Origin: Candidatus Methylomirabilia bacterium
GTDB lineage: Bacteria; Methylomirabilota; Methylomirabilia; Rokubacteriales; CSP1-6
Direction of reading: 5' to 3'
Assembly (NCBI GenBank): GCA_041496385.1
Contig: JBGQEL010000035.1
Location: 1-38,243 of the forward strand
Length of the DNA: 38,243 bases
The notes beneath the pieces were generated by a model. The model saw nothing but the letters and a program-made list of their open reading frames with translations. It did not search any database and was not told where the DNA came from. Positions 25,003 through 34,578 of the stretch are shown here, piece after piece. The position numbers and the translations under genes were made by a program. The number at the start of each line of letters is the position of its first letter. The first letter of the stretch is position 1.

Positions 25003-25955
25003 GGGCGGTCAGGGACTGGATCGCCGGCCACCCCGTCGTCGCCTTCCTCGTCGTCTTCGCCGTCTTCCCGTTCCTGGTCCCCTACAAGGCGCTCGCGACG
25101 CAGGTCCTCATCTACGGCCTCTTCGCCCTCGGCTTCAACCTCCTGTACGGCTACACGGGCCTGCTCTCGTTCGGCCACGCCGCCTACTGGGGGCTCGGCG
25201 CCTACGGCACGGGCATCGCGCTCGCCAAGCTCAAGGTGGGCTCGCTCTGGCTCGCGCTCGGGGCGGGGCTCGGCCTCGCCGTCCTCGGCGGCGCCGCGGT
25301 CGGCTTCTTCTGCCTCCGGCGCCGCGGGATCTACTTCGCGATGCTGACGCTCGCGTTCGCCCAGCTCCTCTACTTCGTCGGCTTCCACCTGGCCGACTGG
25401 ACGGGCGGCGACGACGGGCTCCGGGGCATCACCCGGCCGCCCCTCTCGCTGCCCGGGCTCACGCTGTCGATCGACACGTCGCTCGCCTTCTACTACTTCG
25501 CCTTCGCCCTCGTCGCCCTCGCCGTCGCGGGTCTGAAGCGCATCCTCGACTCGCCCTTCGGTGCCGTGCTGCAGGCGATCCGCGAGAACAGCGACCGCGC
25601 GGCGTCGTGCGGCTACGACATCCGCCGCGTGAAGCTCCTCTCGTTCGTCTTCTCGGCGCTCTTCGCGGGGCTCGCCGGCGCGCTCGACGCGCTCCGGCTC
25701 AACGTGGTCCCGATCGAGTCGCTCTACTGGTCCTCGTCGGGGCAGGTCGTCATCATGACGCTGCTGGGGGGCGCCGGCACCTTCTTCGGGCCCTTCGTCG
25801 GCGCCGCGACATTCCTCGTCCTCGAGGACCGCCTGTCGGTCTTCACGGAGTCCTGGCCGCTCGTGATCGGCGCCATCTTCATGGTCTTCGTGCTCTTCCT
25901 GCCGAAGGGGATCTGGGGCACGCTGCTGGCGCGCCTCGACGGAGCGCCGCGCTAG
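24999..25955 (+). CDS. livM: Branched-chain amino acid ABC permease, LivM-like
   Basis: NLLYGYTGLLSFGHAA, RGIYFAMLTLAF, AIREN, LLGGAGTFFGP; ATGA overlap. Confidence 0.92.
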   Translation: MRAVRDWIAGHPVVAFLVVFAVFPFLVPYKALATQVLIYGLFALGFNLLYGYTGLLSFGHAAYWGLGAYGTGIALAKLKVGSLWLALGAGLGLAVLGGAAVGFFCLRRRGIYFAMLTLAFAQLLYFVGFHLADWTGGDDGLRGITRPPLSLPGLTLSIDTSLAFYYFAFALVALAVAGLKRILDSPFGAVLQAIRENSDRAASCGYDIRRVKLLSFVFSALFAGLAGALDALRLNVVPIESLYWSSSGQVVIMTLLGGAGTFFGPFVGAATFLVLEDRLSVFTESWPLVIGAIFMVFVLFLPKGIWGTLLARLDGAPR

Positions 25956-26719
25956 CGTCCCTCGCGGCGCCGCTCGGCCGCGTCGAGCGGCCGGAAGCCG
26001 AGGACGTCCCGCGCGTGCTCGAGGTCGCGGTAGTTCCAGCGGTTGTCCGAGACGACGAAGAAGACGTCGTAGCGGAGCGTCGCCGGCGCGTCGAGGCACA
26101 GCTCGAGCATCCGCACGACGTCGCGCTGGCTGCACCAGACGGAGTCGTCGCGCGCCGACAGTGGGCGGTCCTCGGCGTTCACGCGGCCGATGCGCACGCA
26201 GAGCATCGACATGTCGTGCGCGTCGGCATAGTGGCGGGCGAGGGCCTCGCCCCAGACCTTGCTGACGCCGTAGAAGCCCGCGGGGCGCACGGGCGTCTCG
26301 TGAGTGAGCATCGGCCAGCGGCCCGCCTCGGGCCCGCGGCCGGCGACCAGCGCCCCGTACGACGCCTCGCGCTCGTAGCCGCTCACCGTCGCGCCGCTCG
26401 AGGCGTAGACCACGCGCCGCACGCCCGCGCGGCGGGCGGCCTCGAACACGTTGTACGTGCCGACGACGTTGGCCCGGAGCGTCTCCTCGAACGGGACGGT
26501 GCTGGAGGCGTTCGCCGCGAGGTGGACGACCGCGTCGACGCCCTGGAACGCGGGCTCGATCGCCGCGAGGTCGGCGATGTCGGCCCGGTGGCAGGGCACG
26601 CCGGCGACGGCGCTCCGGTTGAGCGCGCGAAACGCGTACTTGTCGCCGAGCCGCTGCAAGACGGCGCCACCGATGAGCCCACTCATCCCCGTCACGAGCA
26701 CGGCCCGCTTGGCCATCAC
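25952..26719 (-). CDS. NAD-dependent epimerase/dehydratase family (extended SDR, uronate dehydrogenase-like)
   Basis: VTGMSGLIG, VVHLAA, YASS, YGVSK. Confidence 0.87.
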   Translation of the reverse strand: MMAKRAVLVTGMSGLIGGAVLQRLGDKYAFRALNRSAVAGVPCHRADIADLAAIEPAFQGVDAVVHLAANASSTVPFEETLRANVVGTYNVFEAARRAGVRRVVYASSGATVSGYEREASYGALVAGRGPEAGRWPMLTHETPVRPAGFYGVSKVWGEALARHYADAHDMSMLCVRIGRVNAEDRPLSARDDSVWCSQRDVVRMLELCLDAPATLRYDVFFVVSDNRWNYRDLEHARDVLGFRPLDAAERRREGR

Positions 26720-26760
26720 GCGACCGGCCTAACGCTCCGCCGACGCGCCCCGGCGGCAGC

Positions 26761-26874
26761 CGCGGACCGCGGGTCCTGCCGTGGGGACCGCCCTGGGCGC
26801 CGAGCCACCCCCGCCCGGTGTGGGGTCCCCCGGCTCGGCGCCCAGGGCGGTCCCCACGTCACCCGCGGTCCGCG
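26761..26874. repeat. Long intergenic inverted repeat (13-bp plus 27-bp perfect arms)
   Basis: 26780-26806 is the exact reverse complement of 26832-26858; 26761-26773 is the exact reverse complement of 26862-26874. Confidence 0.9.
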
Positions 26875-26903
26875 ACCGTCGCTTGGGCGCGTCGGGGGGG
26901 CCA

Positions 26904-27124
26904 CTAGCCCGGATCATTCATGAACATGAACGAGGATACCCAGGTCGGACGGGTGGCGCCGCGGGCTGTGCCCGCGCGGCCGGCGAAGTGGGCCCCCCGA
27001 GTCCCTTCCGCAGCTCGAAGAGCTGCGATCGGGCGAGTGGGTGACGGAGCGGTGCGCGGGCACAGCCCGCAGCGCCAGGACCCGTCCGCCCCGCGTGTGG
27101 TCGTTCATGAATAGTCCGGGCTAG
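26904..27124. mobile_element. MITE-like non-autonomous element or long palindromic repeat (221 bp)
   Basis: Terminal IRs CTAGCCCGGATCATTCATGAAC vs CTAGCCCGGACTATTCATGAAC (20/22), with CTAG at both ends. Internal IR 26946-26977/27054-27088; hairpin 27009-27027. No transposase. Confidence 0.6.
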
Positions 27125-28251
27125 GCGATCGCGGTGTGGACCAGATTCGAGACGAGATCCATGCGCCGCGAGTGCCAGGGGTCGGGCACGCGGCTGTTCG
27201 TGAGGTACGCGAACGACACGCCCGAGTCGGGATCGGCCCAGCAGTAGGACGACCCGACGCCGCCGTGGCCGAAGGTGCGCGGCGAGGCAAGCGAGCCCAG
27301 GCCGCGGATCGTCTCGGTCGTGCCGCGCGAGTGCGGGCCGAGGCCCCGGTGCATGGGCATCCCCATGTAGCCGTCCACGCGGTCCGCGGTGAAGTTGCGC
27401 GTCACGTAGGCGATCGTCCGCGGCGAGAGCAGCCGCACGCCGTTGAGCGTCCCGCCCTGGAGCAGCATCTGGTAGAACGCGGTCATGGCGCGGGCCGTCG
27501 CGTAGCCGCCGCCGCCCGGCGTGCCGGCGCGCCGGAATTCCGCGTTGTTCTCGTCGGCGCGCTTCACCTGGCGCCCGGTGTCCGCCGCGGGCTCGTGCAT
27601 GTCGACGGCGCGGCCCTGCTCGGCGTCCGGGAGCCCCACGTAGATCTCGCGACCGAGGCCGAGCGGCTCGACGACGTGCTCGCGGATGAAGGCGCGGTAG
27701 TCGGTCTTCGTCACCGCCTCGATGAGCGCCGCGGCGGTCCAGTGGGCCGCCAGCGGATGGTAGTGGACGCGCGAGCCCGGCGTCCACTCGAGCGTGAAGC
27801 CGCAGACAACCCGGCGCAGCAGCTCGTGGTCCGTCCACGCCTCCTTGGGCACGGCCGAGCCGGGGAAGCCGGCCTGGTGCGTGAGGAGCTGGACCAGCGT
27901 GATCTCGCCCTTGGCGTTGGCCTCGAAGCCCGGCAGGTGCTCGGCGACCGTGTCGGTGAACGCGAGCGCGCCGCGCTCGACGAGGAGCCAGACGGCGCAG
28001 GCCGTCAGCACCTTGGTGTTCGAGTAGAGGAGCCAGAGCGTGTCGTCGGTCGCGGCCACGCGGGCGGGATCGAGCCGCGCGTCGCCGAGCGTCCAGGCGA
28101 GCGCGAGCTTCCCGTGACGCGCCACCGCGAGCTGGGCCGCCGGGTAGCGGCCCTCGGCGACGTGGCGCGTGATCAGCTCGCGCAGCCGGTCGAGCTGCCG
28201 GCCGTCGAGGGCGAGCGCGGCGGGCGTGGCGGAGTCGAGCGGGAATGTCAT
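27121..28251 (-). CDS. Serine hydrolase, beta-lactamase/esterase family (class C-like)
   Basis: SxxK (YSNTK), LLTHQAG, PGSRVHYH, FGHGG, WADPDSG. Confidence 0.9.
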   Translation of the reverse strand: MTFPLDSATPAALALDGRQLDRLRELITRHVAEGRYPAAQLAVARHGKLALAWTLGDARLDPARVAATDDTLWLLYSNTKVLTACAVWLLVERGALAFTDTVAEHLPGFEANAKGEITLVQLLTHQAGFPGSAVPKEAWTDHELLRRVVCGFTLEWTPGSRVHYHPLAAHWTAAALIEAVTKTDYRAFIREHVVEPLGLGREIYVGLPDAEQGRAVDMHEPAADTGRQVKRADENNAEFRRAGTPGGGGYATARAMTAFYQMLLQGGTLNGVRLLSPRTIAYVTRNFTADRVDGYMGMPMHRGLGPHSRGTTETIRGLGSLASPRTFGHGGVGSSYCWADPDSGVSFAYLTNSRVPDPWHSRRMDLVSNLVHTAIA

Positions 28252-28252
28252 G

Positions 28253-29167
28253 TCAGTTCTCCAGCTCCCGGTTCAGGCCGAAGTCCTCTGGGACCGGCGG
28301 ACCCCAGCGGTACAGCGCGTCGTCCTCGGGGAAGTCGCGCGGCTCCCAGGCGCACTGCTCGGGGATGTAGTCGAGGTCGTGGAAGTACTCGGCGAAGCTC
28401 CCCCACGGGTCGCGCACGTAGTAGAAGAAGTTCGAGCCGATGACGTGCCGGCCGAGCCCCCAGCCCGGCGGCGTGCCCGCCTCCAGCATGCGCTGCGCGC
28501 CCATCGCGATCTCGTCCACGTCGCCGACCTCGAACGAGGCGTGGTGGAAGCCCGGCCCCGCGGACGTGAGCAGCGCGAGGTTGTGGTGGTCGGTCGTGCA
28601 GCGCAGGAACGCGATGACCTGCTGGCACCGGTCCGTGAGCTTCATGCCGAGCACGCGCGTGTAGAAGTCGATCTGGCCGCCGAGGTTGCCGCTGAAGAGC
28701 AGCACGTGGCCGAGTCGGCGCGGCGCGGCGCTCCGCCCGGCCTCGGGGCAGGCGCGCCGGACCTCGCGCCCGATGTGGCCGGGGCTGTTGAGCTCGAGCG
28801 GCGGGTCGGCCGGCGGCAACACGCGTCCCTCGTTCCGCACGTTGAGGAGGTTGCCCTCGGGGTCGCGCAGCCAGAAGCCGCCGTCGGCCGCGCCGCGCGG
28901 CGCGTCGACCTCGCGGACGCCCGCCCGCTTCACGGCCTCGCGCGTCGCCTCGTACTCGTCGCCGGGCGCGCCGAACGCGAGATGGTGCAGGCGCTTCTTC
29001 GGCCCGCCGTAGAGCAGCACCGACTCGCGCTGGAGCGTCGCGGGCCGCAGGCGCACGGCGTCGCCACGGCCGGCGGCGTTCACCAGTCCGAAGCTCGTGT
29101 AGAACTTCTCGCCCGCGCCCTGGTCGGGCACCTCTAGCGCATAGTGCAGCAGTGCCTTCACCGCCAT
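28253..29167 (-). CDS. Two-domain VOC protein, extradiol (catechol 2,3-) dioxygenase-like
   Basis: RLGHVLL, DHHNLAL, FHHASF, GRHVIGSNFFYYVRDPWG..AEY (His/His/Glu triad). Confidence 0.85.
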   Translation of the reverse strand: MAVKALLHYALEVPDQGAGEKFYTSFGLVNAAGRGDAVRLRPATLQRESVLLYGGPKKRLHHLAFGAPGDEYEATREAVKRAGVREVDAPRGAADGGFWLRDPEGNLLNVRNEGRVLPPADPPLELNSPGHIGREVRRACPEAGRSAAPRRLGHVLLFSGNLGGQIDFYTRVLGMKLTDRCQQVIAFLRCTTDHHNLALLTSAGPGFHHASFEVGDVDEIAMGAQRMLEAGTPPGWGLGRHVIGSNFFYYVRDPWGSFAEYFHDLDYIPEQCAWEPRDFPEDDALYRWGPPVPEDFGLNRELEN

Positions 29168-29249
29168 CGCGTCGACCTCCCCGCCCCGGCTCTCATGGCG
29201 CGGACTCTACCATGTTTGCGCTATGATCGGCCTCACCAAGGAGGATGCC

Positions 29250-29708
29250 ATGGCCGTCAAAGTGCTTGAGCTCCATCATCACGGAATCCGCGTCGGCTCG
29301 ACCGAGGCCGAGGCCGACCGTGCGCTGGCTTTCTATCGCGACGTGCTCGGCCTCGCGCCGGATCCGGGCCGCCCCTTCATCCCGACGATCCCGGGCTACT
29401 GGATGGACGTGGGCGGCCGGGCCCAGATCCACCTCATGGGCGTCAACGGCCAGTCGAAGTTCGCGCAGGGGCCGGGCAAGGATCCCGCCTCACCGCACGT
29501 GGCGCTCGCCGTGCCCGACATCCAGGAAGCGCGGAAGGAGCTCGACCGGCTCGGCACCGCGTACTGGGTCTCGGAGGGCATCGTGGGTCCAGCGTCGCAG
29601 CAGATCTTCATGCACGACCCCGCCGGGAACATGATCGAGCTGCACGAGGTCGGTACCTGCCGCTGCGACACCGCCAGGCGCGGCAGCGCGCCCGCGAAGA
29701 TGCGCTGA
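29250..29708 (+). CDS. Single-domain VOC/glyoxalase family protein
   Basis: LHHHGI, FYRDVLGL, QIHL, HVALAV, DPAGNMIEL; AAGGAGG RBS and TATGAT -10. Confidence 0.88.
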   Translation: MAVKVLELHHHGIRVGSTEAEADRALAFYRDVLGLAPDPGRPFIPTIPGYWMDVGGRAQIHLMGVNGQSKFAQGPGKDPASPHVALAVPDIQEARKELDRLGTAYWVSEGIVGPASQQIFMHDPAGNMIELHEVGTCRCDTARRGSAPAKMR

Positions 29709-29710
29709 GG

Positions 29711-30901
29711 GTGGCCCTCGCGCCCGAGCAGCGGCTCGTCGTCGAGCGGGTCGCCCAGCTCACGCGTGAGCGCATCGCGCCGCGCGCCGAGCAGTACGAC
29801 GCGGACGCGCAGAATCCCGTCGAGAGCTGGCGCGACCTCTGGCGTGAGGGCTATCTCGCCGCCGCGATCCCGCGCGCCTACGGCGGCCTCGGCCTCGACA
29901 TGCCGACCTACGTCGCGGTGATCCGCACCATCGCCCAGGGCTGCGCGAACACCGCCATGACCGTCCACATGCACTCGACGGTCATGCGCTTCATCGACGC
30001 CCTCGGCACGGACGCCCAGAAGCGCCGCTACTTCGACGACGTCGTCCGCTTCGGCCGGCCCTTCGGGAGCTGGGGGAGCGAGCCCGCGGTGAGCCTCTCG
30101 CGGACGTTCCTCATGGAGACCGCGATCCGCCGCGCGGCGGGCGACGGCTGGCAGATCGACGGCGTCAAGCACTTCTGCACGATGGCGCTCGGCGCCGCGT
30201 ACTACATGGTCTGGTGCGCGCTCGACGGCGAGGCCGACATGGGCAAGGCGCTGGTCCTGGCCCTCGTGCCGGCGGAAACGCCCGGCCTCACCACCGACGG
30301 GCGCTGGAACACGCTCGGCATGCGCGCCACCTTCAGCCCGTCGGTGACGCTCACGAAGGTCCGCGTCGCCGAGGACGCGACGCTCGGCGACCCCGGCTCG
30401 GCCATCCAGGTCGGCGTCGTCGAGAGCTTCGGCCTCGGCTACGCGGCGGTCTACATCGGCGTCTCCGAGGCCGCGCTCGCCTTCGCCGTCGACTACGCGC
30501 GCCGACGCGTCGTCAAGCCCGAGAACGTCGCGGTCGCCCAGGACCCCGCCGTGCAGCGCCAGGTCGGCGAGCTGGACGCGCGCCTGCACGGCGCGCGACT
30601 CGTCCTCGAGGAGTCGGCGGACCGCTGGGGCGCGGCCGACATCGTGGAGCGCGGCCTCCTCGGCAACCGCGCCAAGCTCGTCGCGACGGAGGCCGCCCTC
30701 GAGGTGACCTCGCGCGTCATCCAGGTGGTCGGCGGGCGCGGCGCCTACAAGGACTATCCCGCCGAGCGCGCGTTCCGCGACGCCCGCACGGCGACGCTCA
30801 TGCCGCCCACCGTGGACCGGATGCTCGAGGCGATCGGCAAGCGCGCGCTCGGCATCGAGGAGGGGATGTTCCGCTTCGGCGGCGGCCCGCAGGGCGCCTG
30901 A
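29711..30901 (+). CDS. Acyl-CoA dehydrogenase-fold flavoprotein (non-canonical)
   Basis: IPRAYGGLG, SEP, DGVKHFCT, WNTLGMRATFS, ERAFRDAR; LMPP where classical ACADs have YEG. Confidence 0.88.
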   Translation: MALAPEQRLVVERVAQLTRERIAPRAEQYDADAQNPVESWRDLWREGYLAAAIPRAYGGLGLDMPTYVAVIRTIAQGCANTAMTVHMHSTVMRFIDALGTDAQKRRYFDDVVRFGRPFGSWGSEPAVSLSRTFLMETAIRRAAGDGWQIDGVKHFCTMALGAAYYMVWCALDGEADMGKALVLALVPAETPGLTTDGRWNTLGMRATFSPSVTLTKVRVAEDATLGDPGSAIQVGVVESFGLGYAAVYIGVSEAALAFAVDYARRRVVKPENVAVAQDPAVQRQVGELDARLHGARLVLEESADRWGAADIVERGLLGNRAKLVATEAALEVTSRVIQVVGGRGAYKDYPAERAFRDARTATLMPPTVDRMLEAIGKRALGIEEGMFRFGGGPQGA

Positions 30902-30915
30902 GCCGCCCCGCCGCC

Positions 30916-31878
30916 ATGCCGCTCCAGCATCGCGTCGTCCCAACCAACGGCATCCGGATGCACGTCGCCGAGCAGGGCGTGGGCCCGCTCGTGTTGCTCT
31001 GCCACGGCTTCCCCGAGTCGTGGTACTCCTGGCGCCACCAGCTCTCCGCCCTCGCCGACGCCGGCTACCGCGCCGTCGCGCCGGACATGCGCGGCTACGG
31101 CCAGACCGACCGCCCCGCCGAGATCGCGAAGTACACGATGCTCCACCACGTGGGCGACATGGTCGGGCTGCTCGACGCGCTCTCCGCCGAGACGGCGGTG
31201 ATCGTCGGCCACGACTGGGGCGCGCCCGTGGCCTGGCACGCGGCCCTCCTCCGCCCCGACCGCTTCCGCGCCGTCGCCGCGCTGAGCGTCCCCTTCTCGC
31301 CGCGCGGCTCGGGCCGGCCGACCGAGCTCCTCCGGCAGGCCGCCGGCGACGGCTTCATGTACATGCTCTACTTCCAGACGCCGGGCGTCGCCGAGGCCGA
31401 GCTGGAGCGCGACGTGCGCCTCACGCTGCGCCGCACGCTCTACGCCGCCTCGGGCGACGCGCCGCGCGACCGCGCCTGGCAGCCGTTCATGGCCGGGCGC
31501 GCGACGTTCCTGGAGGGCCTGCCCGACACCGACAAGCTGCCCGCCTGGCTTACCCCGGCCGATCTCGACGTCTACGTCGCCGAGTTCGAGCGCACGGGCT
31601 TCTCCGGCGGCCTCGCCTGGTACCGCGCGATGGATCTCTCGTGGGAGCTCCTGGCCCCCTACCAGCACGCGAAGGTGACGCGGCCGGCGCTCTTCGTCGC
31701 GGGCGACCGCGATCTCGTCCTCTCGACGCGCAAGGCGTGGATCGAGCAGCTGCCGCAGACGGTGCCCGATCTCCGGAAGCTCGTGCTCCTGCCGGGCTGC
31801 GGCCACTGGACACAGCAGGAGCGCCCGGACGAGGTGAACGCCGAGCTGCTCGCATTCTTGAAGGCCCTCGACGGCTAG
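30916..31878 (+). CDS. Epoxide hydrolase (alpha/beta hydrolase, EphA-like)
   Basis: HGFPESWYSW, GHDWGA, YMLYFQ, WYRA, GHWTQQE. Confidence 0.9.
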   Translation: MPLQHRVVPTNGIRMHVAEQGVGPLVLLCHGFPESWYSWRHQLSALADAGYRAVAPDMRGYGQTDRPAEIAKYTMLHHVGDMVGLLDALSAETAVIVGHDWGAPVAWHAALLRPDRFRAVAALSVPFSPRGSGRPTELLRQAAGDGFMYMLYFQTPGVAEAELERDVRLTLRRTLYAASGDAPRDRAWQPFMAGRATFLEGLPDTDKLPAWLTPADLDVYVAEFERTGFSGGLAWYRAMDLSWELLAPYQHAKVTRPALFVAGDRDLVLSTRKAWIEQLPQTVPDLRKLVLLPGCGHWTQQERPDEVNAELLAFLKALDG

Positions 31879-32480
31879 TCGAGCTGCGCCAGCTCCCTTC
31901 CCAGTGGCGCGACCCCGCTGAAGAGAGACGCCCTCAGCCCGTACGCGCGCGCGCCGGCGACGTTGGCGGGCGCGTCGTCGATCAGCAGCGCCTCCTCCGG
32001 GCGCACGTCCGCGCGGCGGAGGGCGGCGGCGAAGCACTCGGGCAACGGCTTGACGGCCCCGAGCTCACACGAGAAAAGCAGCGAGTCGAAGCCGGACGCG
32101 AGCGCCGGAAGGTGACGGGGCACGGCGGCGAGCAGGATCGGCCCGTTGTCGGTGAGGAGCGCGACGCGGCGGGCGCGGCGGGCGGCGCCGACGAGGGCCA
32201 GCACCTCGGGATCCGGCTCGAAGGCGCGGGCCCACGCCTGGAGGAGGGCGTCGGGCGCGAGCGCGCGACCGAGGGCGTCGGCCACCGCGCGGCACGCGTC
32301 GGCGAGGCCGTAGCGCCCGCGGTCCATCTCGGCGTCGAGGCCGGAGTCCCAGACGCGCGCGCGGATCTCCCCCTCGGCGAGACCCGTGGCGGCCGCAAGC
32401 GCCGCGAGGCGCCGCGCGGGACGGAAGCGGCACGCGACGCCGCCGAGATCGAAGAGGACGAGGCGGATCCGCCCGCTCAC
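31875..32480 (-). CDS. HAD-superfamily hydrolase (YihX-like)
   Basis: FDLGGV, LTDN, KP, LIDD..NV.GA...G; GTGA overlap. Confidence 0.85.
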   Translation of the reverse strand: MSGRIRLVLFDLGGVACRFRPARRLAALAAATGLAEGEIRARVWDSGLDAEMDRGRYGLADACRAVADALGRALAPDALLQAWARAFEPDPEVLALVGAARRARRVALLTDNGPILLAAVPRHLPALASGFDSLLFSCELGAVKPLPECFAAALRRADVRPEEALLIDDAPANVAGARAYGLRASLFSGVAPLGRELAQLD

Positions 32481-33946
32481 CGCCCGGCGGCGAGGCGCGC
32501 GCCCGTCTCCCGCACCACCTCCACGAGCGCCACGACGTCGGCCGCCGTCGTGCCGTAGTGCAGGACGCACGCGCGCAGGGCGAAGCGGCCGCGCAGCGTC
32601 GTCTGGGTCAGGAAGGCCGCGCCGGAGGCCTGCACCTCCTCCATCACCCGCTTGTTGAGCGCGTCGAGCCTCGCCTCGTCCCCGGCGAGGGTCGCGGGCG
32701 CGTAGCGGAAGCAGACGACGGACAGCTGCGTGGGGGCCAGCCGCTCGAGGTCGGGCGCCGCGTCGACCAGCGCGGCCAGGCGCTCGGCCAGAGCCAGGTG
32801 GTGCTCGACGAGGTCGCGCACGCCGTCCCGACCGAGGTGCAGCAGCGTCATCCACAGCTTGAGCGCCCGGAAGCCGCGCGTCTGCTGCACGCCGTACTCC
32901 GAGAACCACGGCAGGCCGCCGAAGCCGCGGTCGGACTCGGTGCGCAGATAGTCCGGCACCAGGCTGAAGGCCTCGCGCAGGAGCCGGCCGTCGCGCACCA
33001 GGACGGCGCCGCACTCGACGGGAACGGAGAGCCACTTGTGCGGGTCGAGCGCGATGGAGTCGGCGCGCTCGAGGCCGGCGTAGCGCGCGTGACGGCTCGG
33101 GAGGGCCCCGGCCACCGCCCCGTAGGCGCCGTCGACGTGGAACCAGAGCCGCTCCCGCGCGCAGAGGTCGGCGAGGGAGGCGAGCGGGTCGACGGCGCCC
33201 GTTCCCACGCTGCCGGCGCTCGCCGCCACGCAGAACGGCCGCCGGCCCGCGGTGCGATCGCCCCCGATCGCCGCGCGCAGCGCGGCCACGTCCATGCGGA
33301 ACTCCGCGTCCACCGGCACGGCGTGGACTGCCTCCGCGCCCAGCCCCAGGAGCTCGGCCGCCTTCTGGATGCAGCTATGACCCTGCTCGGACGTGTAGAG
33401 CACGAGCGGCGGGCGGCCGTGCTGCAGGCCCTCGGCGCGCACGCTCCAGCCGTCCCGCGCGGCGGCCCGATGGCGGGCGGCGGCGAGCGCGATGAGGGTG
33501 GCCGTCGAGGCCCCGCTCGTGAGGAGCCCCATGCTGCCCTCGGCGGGGAAGTCGATCAGCTCCATGAGCCAGCGCACGGCGGCGCGCTCGACGTAGATCG
33601 CGGCATGATCGCCGCCCGCGCAGCTGGGGTTCATGGCGGCGGCGAGGAAGTCGGCCAGCACGCCGATGGGCGCCGGCGGAGAGTTGACCCAGTCGAAGAA
33701 GCGCGGATGGCCGTTGCCCATGGCGTGCGGCAGGACGGCGGTGCGGAAGCGCTCGACGATGGCCTCGGGAGTAGCGCCCGCCGCGCCGAGGACCTCCTGC
33801 AGGAGCGCCCCGCGCTCGGCCGGCGGCATGGGCCGGAACACCGGACGCTCGCGGAGGCCGGCGAGGTACTCCGTGACGAGGTCCACCACTTCGTGGCCGA
33901 GGCGGCGAAAGTGCTCGGGTTCGATCGCGGGCGGTGCCGAGGTCAT
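32477..33946 (-). CDS. Group II PLP-dependent decarboxylase (aromatic L-amino acid decarboxylase-like)
   Basis: HPRFF, HSCIQKA, HVDGAYG, DPHKWL (PLP Lys), RALKLW. Confidence 0.92.
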   Translation of the reverse strand: MTSAPPAIEPEHFRRLGHEVVDLVTEYLAGLRERPVFRPMPPAERGALLQEVLGAAGATPEAIVERFRTAVLPHAMGNGHPRFFDWVNSPPAPIGVLADFLAAAMNPSCAGGDHAAIYVERAAVRWLMELIDFPAEGSMGLLTSGASTATLIALAAARHRAAARDGWSVRAEGLQHGRPPLVLYTSEQGHSCIQKAAELLGLGAEAVHAVPVDAEFRMDVAALRAAIGGDRTAGRRPFCVAASAGSVGTGAVDPLASLADLCARERLWFHVDGAYGAVAGALPSRHARYAGLERADSIALDPHKWLSVPVECGAVLVRDGRLLREAFSLVPDYLRTESDRGFGGLPWFSEYGVQQTRGFRALKLWMTLLHLGRDGVRDLVEHHLALAERLAALVDAAPDLERLAPTQLSVVCFRYAPATLAGDEARLDALNKRVMEEVQASGAAFLTQTTLRGRFALRACVLHYGTTAADVVALVEVVRETGARLAAGR

Positions 33947-34557
33947 GGACGTGTTCCCTTCCTCGCGCGCGTCGTCCGGCGCGGCTGGCGGGCGGGCCGC
34001 GCGGGGTGCCGGCCCAGCTCCATCGCGAGATAGTAGGTGCAGGTCTCGCTCCCGGGATTGGCGAAGGCGTGCCAGCAGTCGCCGGCGTAGTAGACGCTGT
34101 CCCCCGCGCGCAGCGTGTACGGCACGCCGTCCAGGGTGAGCCGGAGCGTCCCGCGCGCCACGGCGAGGTACTCGCGCGAGCCCGGTGCGTGCGGCGAGAA
34201 GGCGCCGGCGTCCACGCCGCCGGGGATGGTCGTCCGCATCAGCTCGAACTCGACCCCCGGCAGGACCGGCGAGAGGATGGTGCGCTCCCAGCCCGAGGGG
34301 TCGCGCGCCGTGTCCTGCGCCGCGCGCGGCAGGACGACGACGCGGGCCGCGCGCTCCTCGCCGAGGAGCCGCGCGATGCTGGTGTCGAGCCCCGTGGCGA
34401 TGCGGTCCAGCACGAGGACGGTCGGGGCCTTGGCGCCGCGCTCGACGTCGGAGAGCATGCTGCGGCTCACGCGCGCGCGCGCGGCGAGCTGCTCCAGCGA
34501 GAGACGCCGCCGCCGGCGCTCGGCGCGGACCCGTTCGCCGAGGATGCGCATATCCAC
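33943..34557 (-). CDS. XRE-family HTH-cupin transcriptional regulator
   Basis: LSLEQLA..VSRSMLSDVERG..PT; C-terminal cupin (H..G.REY, AGDS..Y, H.F.N). Confidence 0.9.
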   Translation of the reverse strand: MDMRILGERVRAERRRRRLSLEQLAARARVSRSMLSDVERGAKAPTVLVLDRIATGLDTSIARLLGEERAARVVVLPRAAQDTARDPSGWERTILSPVLPGVEFELMRTTIPGGVDAGAFSPHAPGSREYLAVARGTLRLTLDGVPYTLRAGDSVYYAGDCWHAFANPGSETCTYYLAMELGRHPARPARQPRRTTRARKGTRP

Positions 34558-34560
34558 TAT

Positions 34561-34578
34561 AGAGGAATATTATCCTCT
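34561..34578. promoter_or_regulatory. Palindromic operator overlapping the -10 of the XRE gene
   Basis: AGAGGA-ATATTA-TCCTCT; minus-strand TTGCGC-N17-TAATAT promoter whose -10 is the centre of the palindrome. Confidence 0.65.

Noticed and set aside
26730..27124. CRISPR array, riboswitch or small ORFs in the repeat-rich gap
   Set aside because: The repeats are inverted, not direct repeats with spacers. No cas genes, no riboswitch consensus that I recognise, and the ORFs are low-complexity.
27121..28251. Beta-lactam resistance gene
   Set aside because: No signal peptide and no KTG motif; catabolic context favours an esterase or amidase.
29696..29711. Sec read-through at other UGA stops (e.g. 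9283-9285, 10669-10671, 29706-29708)
   Set aside because: These fall at natural domain ends, not at catalytic Cys positions, and are followed directly by other genes.
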